64,000 nucleotides of DNA from Eledone cirrhosa. Lineage: Eukaryota. The stretch lies in the NCBI GenBank assembly GCA_964016885.1, contig OZ024741.1, positions 364,560,001-364,624,000 on the forward strand, written 5' to 3'. A program made the translations under genes and the position numbers. Shown here one piece after another: positions 26,000 through 36,020 of the stretch. The notes beneath the pieces were generated by a model that ran no database searches, was not told where the DNA came from, and saw nothing but the letters and a program-made list of their open reading frames with translations. Each line of letters starts with the position of its first letter. Positions within the stretch are counted from its first letter, which is position 1.

Positions 26000-27408
26000 G
26001 TGTACATGATGTACTTACATGTAACAGAACAGATTAAAACCTAAAATTGGGAGTATACTGCTTCATTAAAATCATATGTCATGCCAGCTGGCCTACTTCC
26101 CTCCATCCCTCTGTTCTTCTGATCTTATACAATATTTTCCAATAAAGAGAGGTCTGTAGTTGTACAAGTGTATAACTGTTAATGGTAGCTTTTTTTGGCA
26201 AGTAATAAACATTAATTATTTGCTACTTTAGACTTTGTTAGTTCTCCTTATTGAACAGACATAACTGATGAGTATTTCAGAAAGCTGGCCCAATATGGTA
26301 AAAATATATAAAGGGCAAAGAATGACAAATAAAACAAAACAAAGTAATGTTTTTATCCAGTATATTTCAACATAATTTTCAGGGTTAATACACTCTTTTC
26401 AAATGTAAAAACAAAAGCGATGCTGAACAAAACAAACAACCAATCTGTTCTTCCCTGTTTTATAGACATTGGTTAAGAATTGATGGTTATGTCATTATTG
26501 GTGATGGAAACACATTACCTCTCATTTTGGAGTATAGTTTTAAGGAAGTAATTCCATAATCTTATTAGGGGAATTTATTCAAAGTTTCTATATTTCCCAT
26601 ACTCTGCATTTATTGTCACATAGTCATATGACACATTAATTTTATGAAAGTGTATAAGTCTTTAGTTGATGGTCAGCATACTCTATTTAAGAGCCTCGGT
26701 CACTTAGTTATGTACAAAACTAACTTTACATAACACAATATATAGCTTACCTGCTGTCGCCCTTTTTGGTTCCTATTCTTACACTAAAAAGGTTAATTTT
26801 TAAAACATTTACTCTTTTACCTGTTCCAGGCAATGGGCTGCACCCATGCTGGAACACCACCATTAATATTGATAATTATTATTGCTAATGTCTCCTTTGC
26901 TTTGCACCTGGTAAGTTTGTCTCCAAAGTGCAAACATAGGCAAGGAAATGTCAATACAGCTTGGCATCACTGGTGTTGCAGGCAAACCTTAACGATTAGG
27001 CCATGGGCATAATTTTACGAAATATTTTTAAAAATCAGATTTAGCTGACTTAACTGATAAGGAGTAGGATTTAAATAACTATCTTACGTCTTCAAAAATT
27101 TGTATGATGGGTATCTATTTAGATACAAAATAAGATTTCTTTGTGTAATTAATAATAATAATGGTTGATGAAAAATTTAATTCAGATTTTATAAAAAGTA
27201 TGGATGAATCTGTACTTGTTTCCTTTCTCTTGGCATGGGCATGCAATGTTTAAGCCTCACCTCATGTAGAGATTTTCTCATATTTTATTTTCATATACAC
27301 AATATATATATATATGTATGTATATATATATATGTATATATATATATGTATGTATGTCTATATATATATGTATATATATATATGTATACATATATATATG
27401 AATACATA

Positions 27409-27440
<32 letters not shown>

Positions 27441-27547
27441 CACATATATATGTATACATATATATATGTGTATATATATGTATACATATATATATATATA
27501 TGTATATATACTATATATGTATATATATGTGTGTGTGTATATATATA

Positions 27548-27598
<51 letters not shown>

Positions 27599-27997
27599 TT
27601 GTGCACTAAGCAGCCAAAAATATATGATAAATATATATCTGTATATATATACAGTACTGGATTAACCTAGACTGTATGTGTATGTATAAATACACATATT
27701 AAATATATAGACATGTAAATGTTAAATTTATATAAATTTGAGACGTTTACATGTCTATATACTCAATGTCTATATTTATATACACATCTACTCAATATTT
27801 GTTACTCCTGCACTGTATATGTATAGATACATATAAATGTATATTGATATTGAGTCAATGCACACTTTGCACTCTGGCAGCTGTAAGTATGCCGACTCTT
27901 TACTATATATTTCTATTTATTTAATTATCTATTTATTTATTCTTTGAATGTTTTGTTTTATCAATATATTTCTTTTGTCTTAATTGATCATTATCAG

Positions 27998-28003
27998 AGA
28001 GAG
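27998..28003 (+). CDS. BRSK: Candidate 6-nt BRSK microexon AGAGAG (R-E)
   Basis: ~105-nt AG-free U-rich tract, cag acceptor, consensus gag|gtaagt donor; frame preserving. Confidence 0.5.
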
Positions 28004-29751
28004 GTAAGTTCTTTCAGGACCAAACACATAGCTAGAAATTATTTTCTCTAGATCAATTAAATTTTTTTTAAATTTCTTAAAAGATTTTTTTCAAGTAGAC
28101 TTATTTTTTTAATCAAAATACTATTTTTTTAAATATGAAACTTTCTTCTTTTAACATTTTCTTTGAATGTTTCTTTTTTATAATTTTTATTGATTTTTTT
28201 TTAATTGATTGATGATAATGTTTATGATTATGATGCTCATCATAATCATATCATCATCATTGATTTTACATTTGCTTTTCCATGCTAGCATGGGTTGGAT
28301 GAGGCCTTTTTGAGGCAGCATTCCATGATTGGAGGCAAACCCTTCCTTTATGCATACTCTTATTTGTTTTTTAAGTAAGTTACTGATCTTCATTTGTCAA
28401 ACCACTGAACTGCAGGACATAAACAAACATCGCCAACTACTGCCCAAGCAGTGTTGATGTAAAGAAATGACAGTATACACAGTGATGGTGATGGTAATTA
28501 TGATAGTGATGATAAGATAATTGTTTCTTATATAGATATGAAACTTAGGATTTATAAGAGGGTGGGTGGGAACAGATCTATGATGTTTATGCTTTTTCAA
28601 ATGGTATTAGCAATGAAAATGAAAAATTTCACTTGGAATTGAAAGTAAGTTGTGAAGACAGCTTTTTATTTCTTACACTGGCAAGAGAAAAACTCTGTGG
28701 TGCTAGGCTGTTATCTAGTGTATCAGTTAAAGTAAAAATTAACAACAAAATGGAATTGAAGTTTAGTAACATAGTGAAATGTAATTAACTACTGCAAGAC
28801 ATTTCATTTTGGAATTATTATGTTTTTGCTATTTTACCTTCCATGCTATAATGCATAATTCTTATTATATAAATCAACCATTTCAGACATGCCAACTGAT
28901 GAGCTCTAACAAGATCTCAGTTGTCTGACCAAAATGATTTACTAAAGAGGATTTAGAAGATGAATTGGCAGAGATGTTAGAAGGTTTTGCGATATTTGTT
29001 TCAGCTCTCTACTCTCTGAGTTCATATCCTGCCAAAGTCAACTTTGTCTTTCATCCATTTGTGGTTAATAAAAAAGTACCAGTCAAGTACTGGAATCAAT
29101 TCTTCCTCTATATCTCTTTCTTGCCTCCACTCACTCTCTCTATCCTTCTCTGGAAGAAATCTTCTGTGTTTAGACCTGGAGAGGAGATGGGCTCTGCCAG
29201 GTTATAAAAAAAAGCCCTAGAAACACTGTATATCAATATGGCACCCCTACAACTTCCGTAGGAGTTATGGGACTATGCATGCAAAGAGGGTGTAATGTGT
29301 GTGTATGTGTGTGCATATACATATGATTGTTGTATGTTCCCATTTAAAAACTGTGATAACTGCAATTTGAGACAGATACTTCATACATAAAGTAGGAACT
29401 ATAGATATTTATCATATATGAATACAGATGGATTCTAAAGATAAGGAAATGGTAATAATTATTTTAATAACTAAACATATACATATACTCATTTGAAACG
29501 CTCATACTGAGTCAAACATATAGCCATTGATAATGAATTACATTTATTTTAATATAATACAGATTAACACACATACACATAAAGAAGTGCGCTAGCAGCT
29601 GAAGTGTGTTAAAAAGTTATATCTGTATAAATACAGAGTGGGTAACTGGGACCGCAGCAATATATATATATATATATTCCCATATTTATATGTAAGTGTG
29701 TAAACATGATAGAAAATAAGAATTTCACTGTAAATTGAATTTTATCATTTT

Positions 29752-30816
29752 ACTAGCATTAAAGCCCGGCGTTGCTCGGTGTCAGTAAGTTACCAAAGTT
29801 AGGTTGCACCACCCATTTTATGGCAGCACTTTTTTGTCTGCCAGGCACTGGGTAAATGAATTGCAGACCTCGATTGCCGAAGCAGGAGCTGCGCCAGCAG
29901 TGACAATTGTAGTTTCGCCTATGGATATTATCTCTATGCAAAGAAGTGTTGAAATTTATTGTTTCACAGTACTTGCGCAAGACGCGCGTAGACGATGCCA
30001 GCCGAACAACAGAGCTGCGATGGAGTTGTTCTGCATGGTTGTCTAATGTGTGTTTTCTAAATTTAAGACAGTAGGGAGGGGTGTGATATGGGGGAGAGTT
30101 AGCTGCTGTTTCTAGCAGGTTTAGTGACCTCATAGAGGATATGTGTTTTCTAAATTTAAGACAGTAGGGAGTGGTGTGATATAGGGGAGAGTTAGCTGCT
30201 GTTTCTAGCAGGTTTAGTGACCTCATAGAGGATATGTTTTCTAAATTTTAGACAGTAGGGAGTGGTATGATATGGAGGAGAGTTAGCTGCTGTTCTAGCA
30301 GGTTTAGTGACCTCAAAGAGTATATTATTGTGTATAGTAAATAAACTGATACTTCTTTCTTCCACATTCGTTGAGAGGTTTTAAAAAAGATTTATCGCTA
30401 TTTTTTTTGTTGTTGAATAAATTTATCTGTTGCTTTTGAATAATTGTTGTTTCGTATGAAATGTCATTGAAGTAAATAAATGTATGACCGTTCCACACTC
30501 AAAAACAAACGTTCTCTCTCTCTTCGGCGTTCCTAAAGGAAGTTTGTAAGCATGTATGTAGTTTTATCGAATTTTAAGGGGAGTAGACAGAGGTAATCAG
30601 ATTCTATTAGAGGGGTAAAGCGTCATGTATTTAGTTTTATCGATTATTTCCATAATTGTGGGTGAGTTTGAATGAAATAAATAGTCGTTGACCTAAGTTA
30701 GACCATTTACAACATTCTTACAGACGTTGAGTCGAATCGGTTTGAAATTGTGCAAATGTATAAACATGGAACATGCACACACACAACAACAACAATCTGC
30801 CTTTTATAGATAATGA
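29752..30816 (+). mobile_element. Helentron/DINE-1-like non-autonomous element with central tandem repeats
   Basis: Starts tt|actagc...cccggcgttgctcgg; three ~92-bp units at 30046-30320; (CA)/(CAA) microsatellite before the ttttatagat end; T-rich insertion site. Confidence 0.65.
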
Positions 30817-30982
30817 TCCTTTTTAATTTACTAGGAAATTCATATATTCTGGCATGTTTACATGTCTACATATTAAATATATGTATATTTATATACACAT
30901 TGGTGTTATCTCAGTTACCCACTGTATATATACAGATATAAATTTATATATGTATGTAAAATGTTGATGGTGATAATAAAGA

Positions 30983-31035
<53 letters not shown>

Positions 31036-31207
31036 TACAATAATAATAATAAAAAGGACGATTTGTTATGTTTTCATTACATTTATTGAGTAGTGATGTG
31101 TGTTTTGCTATTCACTAGTTAAAGGTTCGATCTGTTGGACTTCTGTTGTGGTAATGACAGAAGTCCAAGCTTTTGATTCCAGAGTAGGGGCTATATATAT
31201 ATATATA

Positions 31208-31250
<43 letters not shown>

Positions 31251-31303
31251 TAATAAAAATAATGAATAAAAACAAAGAAACAGTTCCTTATATTAAAAAA
31301 TTC

Positions 31304-31437
31304 ATCATTTTACGATCGTTTCTAGGATATATATGAGTGTGTTGGTATGTATATCATATAGATCTATGTAAAATGTTTACAAACTATCAGAGAGAATATA
31401 CATACCTACACATATATATGCTGTCTTCAGAAATAAT
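31304..31437 (-). ncRNA. Type I hammerhead ribozyme, canonical core, ~100-nt stem II
   Basis: Minus strand: attattt-CTGAAGA-[..ggtatgtatat...atatacatacc..]-GAAAC-gatc-GTA-aaatgat; palindromic stem III ACGATCGT. Confidence 0.75.
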
Positions 31438-31473
31438 CTACATATATATTTATTTACACATATATATATATAT

Positions 31474-32315
31474 CTGGAGCAATGTGAAATAAAGTGTCTT
31501 GCTCAAGGAAACAACACATCACCAGGTCTGAGAATTGAACTCACAACCTTTCGATTGCAAGGCCAATGCTCTAACCACTAAGCCATATATATATATGGAG
31601 GCACATGGCTTAGTGGTTAGAACATTGGCCTTGCAATCGAAAGGTTGTGAGTTCAATTCTCAGACCTGGTGATGTGTTGTTTCCTTGAGCAAGACACTTT
31701 ATTTCACATTGCTCCAGTTTACTCAGCTGTAGAAATGAGATGATAGGGACTGGGGTCCATATCATTCCACTGCAAAGTGGTCGTGGAGGTGCCACGGCAA
31801 AAAAGCACCCACCACTCACTGTAAATGAGGTTGGTGTTAGGAAGGGCATCCAGCTGTAGAAATCAAGCCAGAATCAGTTCCTGTCCCACCCTTGCAAGCA
31901 GGGAAAAAGCGGACGTAAAATGAAATGAAATGAGTGAATATATATATATATATATATATATAAAAGTACCCTGTCCATGCTGTAAAGTGGTGCTGGTGTT
32001 AGGAAGGGCATCCAACCAGTATATATACTACTGCCAAATACTATGAACACAGCAAATATATATATATATTTCGTCATTTACATCCACTTTTTCCCTGCTT
32101 GCAAGGGTGGGACGGGAACTGATTCTGGCTTGATTTCTACAGCTGGATGCCCTTCCTAACACCAACCTTAGTTACAGTGAGTGCTGGGTGCTTTTTTTGC
32201 CGTGGCACCTCCACGACAACTTTGCAGTGGAATGATAGTCCCTTTCATCTCATTTCTACAGCTAAGTAAACTGGAGCAATGTGAAATAAAGTGTCTTGCT
32301 CAAGGAAACAACACA
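31474..32315. repeat. tRNA-derived SINE (31596-31935) with inverted copies of its 5' part (31474-31586) and 3' part (~32075-32315)
   Basis: 113-bp arms 31474-31586 / 31605-31717 with 1 mismatch; second inverted pair ~31675-31925 / ~32075-32315. Confidence 0.85.
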
Positions 32316-33149
32316 TTTGGTCCATTCGTGTTTGTCAAATATATGAGTGCATATATATTTAATGAAAGAATTAATGATATATGGGTGTGTATGCAATTAA
32401 GTGAAAAAGTACTCAATGATATTCAGAAAACAATACAACTGGTTTAGAGTTTAAATACAAATAACATTAAATAAACACATGAAAACACCAAGTTAAATAC
32501 CAAAAATACCATCATGATCAAAAGTGGTATATCCTTTTATTTTATTGCCATGTTGGGCACCACTTTGAAGAGATTTAATTGATCATATCGATCCCTGTAC
32601 TTATTTTTTCAAGTTTAATACCAATTTTACTGGTCCCTTTTTTGTCAAACTTCTAAGTTATGCCACATAAACAAACATTAAACATAAACACTGACATGGG
32701 CACACACATATGCACACACAGACACATGTGAAGTAAAGTATCTTGCTCAAGGTCACCATATGCTGCCTTGTCTGGGAATTGTGATTGTGAGCCCAGCACC
32801 ATAGTTACTGCACCACATGCCTTCACACGCACACACACACATACACACATATTTAATTCTGCAAATTTGTATTAAAAAATGTTCGGTAATACACCTCTCT
32901 GAAGTCTACACCCTAGGCAGTGGCCTAGTTGTTCTTTATAGTAGAACCCGCCCTGGTCATAAGACTACTATGTTGCTTTGTATCAAAGTCTTTAATAAAT
33001 CCTGTTGATTTCTATTTTCTCTTTAATTATATGTTGTAGTATTATGTATTGAAAGGAAATATGTTCATGTTTCAGCATTTTAATGTGTATTTTTTCTGTC
33101 TATTCTCTACAAATGTTCTTCTTAATTTCTTATTTCTTTCATTCTGCAG

Positions 33150-33156
33150 CTTGTAT
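33150..33156 (+). CDS. BRSK: Candidate BRSK microexon with tandem donors (3 nt CTT|gtatgt or 7 nt CTTGTAT|gtgagt)
   Basis: ~70-nt AG-free pyrimidine tract, cttaat branch-like site, tgcag acceptor, two overlapping donors. Confidence 0.4.
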
Positions 33157-34029
33157 GTGAGTGATTCAATTGATTCATTATTATGTTTACTTATTTTTAC
33201 TGTCTTTCATGCATTAGAGTTATTTACAATTTTACTATAAAGTAATTAGATCTAATATCACTTGAACAAGATTGGTTGACTTATTGGAAAATTCGAACTT
33301 TGAACATATAGTTGCCACACTGCAGATAACTATAATAATTGAATAAATTAGGTAAACTATTGCTGGTGAGAAAAAGTGGACAGTGACACCTTCAGGGAAT
33401 TAAACCATATATCTATTATTATAGTTATCTGCATTGTGGTTACAATGTTTTAAAATCTTAATATCAAATATTTTTTTTTAAATCTAAAATTATTTCAGTT
33501 TAAAATTATATATTTTGTAGGCATTAGTATTTAAATTTGAATAACTTTTCAATTGAACTGAATTGGCAGAGTCATTAGGGCATTGGATTAAATGCCTTAG
33601 TATTTGTTTCAAATCATGCTGAGGTCAACTTTGCTTTTCATCCTTTTGGAGTTGATAAACAAAATATGAGGCAAGGGTGGTATATTGGTGGGATACTTCG
33701 TGATATCTAATCTGGTTCTTTGTGTTCTGAGCCTCAGTTCAATTTCTGCCTTCTTTTGCCAAGAGTTGCTTCTTCAGATGGTATTTTGCATTTAAGCAGA
33801 AGTTGCGCAAAAAATGATATAAAGTTGCTGATATGGTTAAACGAGAGGCCCATGTCAATCACATCATGTCTCTTACCATATCAAATTACTGTCTGAAAAA
33901 ACCATGCCAGACTACGTTATGATTATGTAACAATGTTCAGGCATCACAGAAAGGCACATAGTGTAAATAAATTTAATTATATAATAACACAGCTATGTCT
34001 TAATGCTCTTTCATATATATATATATGTA

Positions 34030-34083
<54 letters not shown>

Positions 34084-34088
<5 letters not shown>

Positions 34089-34253
34089 GTAGTAACACAA
34101 CAGTTAGTTCACCATACCGAGAACAATTGTTTCATCTTATGTGGATCTTCAGCTCGGACTGGTCATCCCAGTGACCAGTCCGAGCTGAAGATCCACATAA
34201 GGTGAAACAATTGTTCTCGGTATGGTGAACTAACTGTTGTGTTACTACTTCTA
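34084..34253. repeat. Fold-back palindrome (82-bp arms, 6-nt loop) containing a minimal hammerhead in each arm
   Basis: Arms 34084-34165 / 34172-34253 with 1 mismatch; flanked by (TA)n. Confidence 0.9.
34180..34220 (+). ncRNA. Minimal type I hammerhead ribozyme (Penelope type)
   Basis: ccgag-CTGAAGA-t-cc(acataa)gg-t-GAAAC-aatt-GTT-ctcgg; palindromic stem III ACAATTGT; inverse copy at 34117-34157. Confidence 0.75.
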
Positions 34254-34289
34254 CCAAACTCGTCCCATGGATATTACCTTCCAGTGTTC

Positions 34290-34364
<75 letters not shown>

Positions 34365-34731
34365 TATGAAAGTCACCAAATTTATTTTAGCAACTTCCGG
34401 CCATGACCCATTCGCTCAATGAGATAACACGCAACACGCATGCAGTTGAGTGGCTGCATCTTGTATTACAGAGTGCACACATAATTAGTTTGCGAATATT
34501 ATGGAAGTGTTCTGGTATTGATACACCGTGTTGATCTCCTGGACAGAACTCAGTTTCATTGTAATATTCTGCCTTCAGCAGTCATTAAAAGTGTTATATG
34601 CAGAGGATTGCATAATACCAGCAGATATTACATAAACTGCACTATTAGAAATCGTCAGCAGGTGACCACACACAACATATTGGTATTTAAAATGTACACA
34701 ACTGCTTATACTGCCTGCTTCCTGAATCTAT

Positions 34732-34765
<34 letters not shown>

Positions 34766-35115
34766 TGAATCACCATCAGTTCTGATGATTAGTGGCTCAG
34801 TTGTTTGATGGAGAAGCTAGCTCAGGAAATTAACATGCAAGCTATTGAACATTCCCCAGACATGTGTTCCCTCAACATAGTTCTGATGAAAACCTAGAGT
34901 GACAAACTGCAACAAGGCTAGCTTTTTTAATTATAGTTACAATTCATTTTTTGGACTGGAGCAACACAAAATAAAGTGTCTTAATTAAAGACACAATGCA
35001 CTGCAGGGAATCAAACTCATGACCTTATGATTGTGGGCTTAAATCACTAATCCCTAAGACATTCACCTTTACACACACACTCACACATGGTATACATACT
35101 AAATTTGTTCAGCAC

Positions 35116-35157
35116 CCATTGCTGTTGGAAGCTCCCGGGAGCTTCCAACAGCAATGG
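35116..35157. repeat. Perfect 42-bp palindrome
   Basis: ccattgctgttggaagctccc|gggagcttccaacagcaatgg, immediately 5' of a hammerhead motif. Confidence 0.9.
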
Positions 35158-35185
35158 TTGCATTCTTTAGGGGTATGTCAATATT

Positions 35186-35292
35186 TATTTATAAAACTGA
35201 TCTATATTATATTTTATCTGATGAAAGCACACCATAATTTAACTTGGTGTCCTTGAAATATGTATAATGAAATAAATATGGTTTTATAAATA
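35186..35292 (+). ncRNA. Type I hammerhead ribozyme with extended stems I and II, in the last BRSK intron
   Basis: tattttat-CTGATGA-aagcacacca(taatttaact)tggtgtcctt-GAAA-t(atgt)a-TA-atgaaata; distal 12-bp stem tatttataaaac/gttttataaata. Confidence 0.75.
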
Positions 35293-35489
35293 TAGTTTCC
35301 ATTTGTTAATATCGTATATATATATATATAACAAAGGAATTGTGGTAAGGAACCAGATGGACCATAACGCACCAGAGTACTCAATACTTAGGGTAGTAGA
35401 GTGGGAAATAGGAAAAAGTAAGACCCCGAAATCAAGAAATAGCCGTCGAAACGGCTTGAGCTCTGCCGTCGGGGTCTTACTTTTTCCTG

Positions 35490-35564
<75 letters not shown>

Positions 35565-35655
35565 ATGATTACATGCACATATAATCACAAATTGTTGTTA
35601 TTCGTATTGATTTTTTTCTAATATAGAATTTTGTGTTCTTTTTTTTCATCATTAG

Positions 35656-35757
35656 GCTTTTGACAAAGAAAGAAGAACTCCTAATCCACAAAGAAAAGAC
35701 ATGTTCCGAAAACGGTCTGTGACTACAGAACATACTGCCACCACAGAAAAGGTCTGA
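35656..35757 (+). CDS. BRSK: BRSK terminal coding exon AFDKERRTPNPQRKDMFRKRSVTTEHTATTEKV*
   Basis: Long U tract + attag acceptor; phase 0 open frame to TGA; C-terminal EKV resembles the DKV PDZ ligand of nematode SAD-1. Confidence 0.8.
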   Translation, partial: AFDKERRTPNPQRKDMFRKRSVTTEHTATTEKV

Positions 35758-35972
35758 CTGATTGTACCAACCAAAATCTGCAACTATATTAAGGAACCAC
35801 ATTGGGACAGTTGACTAAATGGTTGTGACAATTTGCAACTGGTTTAAAAAAAAAAATTATTGTGAATTATTAAAAGATGTCCAGACCTAAAACAAAAAAA
35901 AAATTGACCACCGCCACTATCTCCATCTTGTACTCCTACTCCTACTACTACCACCACCACCACCACCACCAA

Positions 35973-36020
<48 letters not shown>

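Noticed and set aside
23801-27862. 11-nt complementarity (tgcattgactc 23801-23811 / gagtcaatgca 27852-27862) that would loop out the stop microexon
   Set aside because: Short enough to be chance. The 5' arm resembles a SINE motif and the apparent extension lies in a repeat. Needs cross-species covariation before it can be called.
28890-28925. CTGATGA motifs here and at ~26266, ~34883 and ~59678
   Set aside because: No properly placed GAAA/NUH with three pairing stems.
29759-30226. 155-aa ORF with a 31-aa repeat
   Set aside because: By-product of the 93-bp tandem unit in a non-autonomous element.
31596-31675. tRNA-like sequences with A and B boxes
   Set aside because: They continue into SINE cores and occur as many diverged copies; SINE heads, not tRNA genes.
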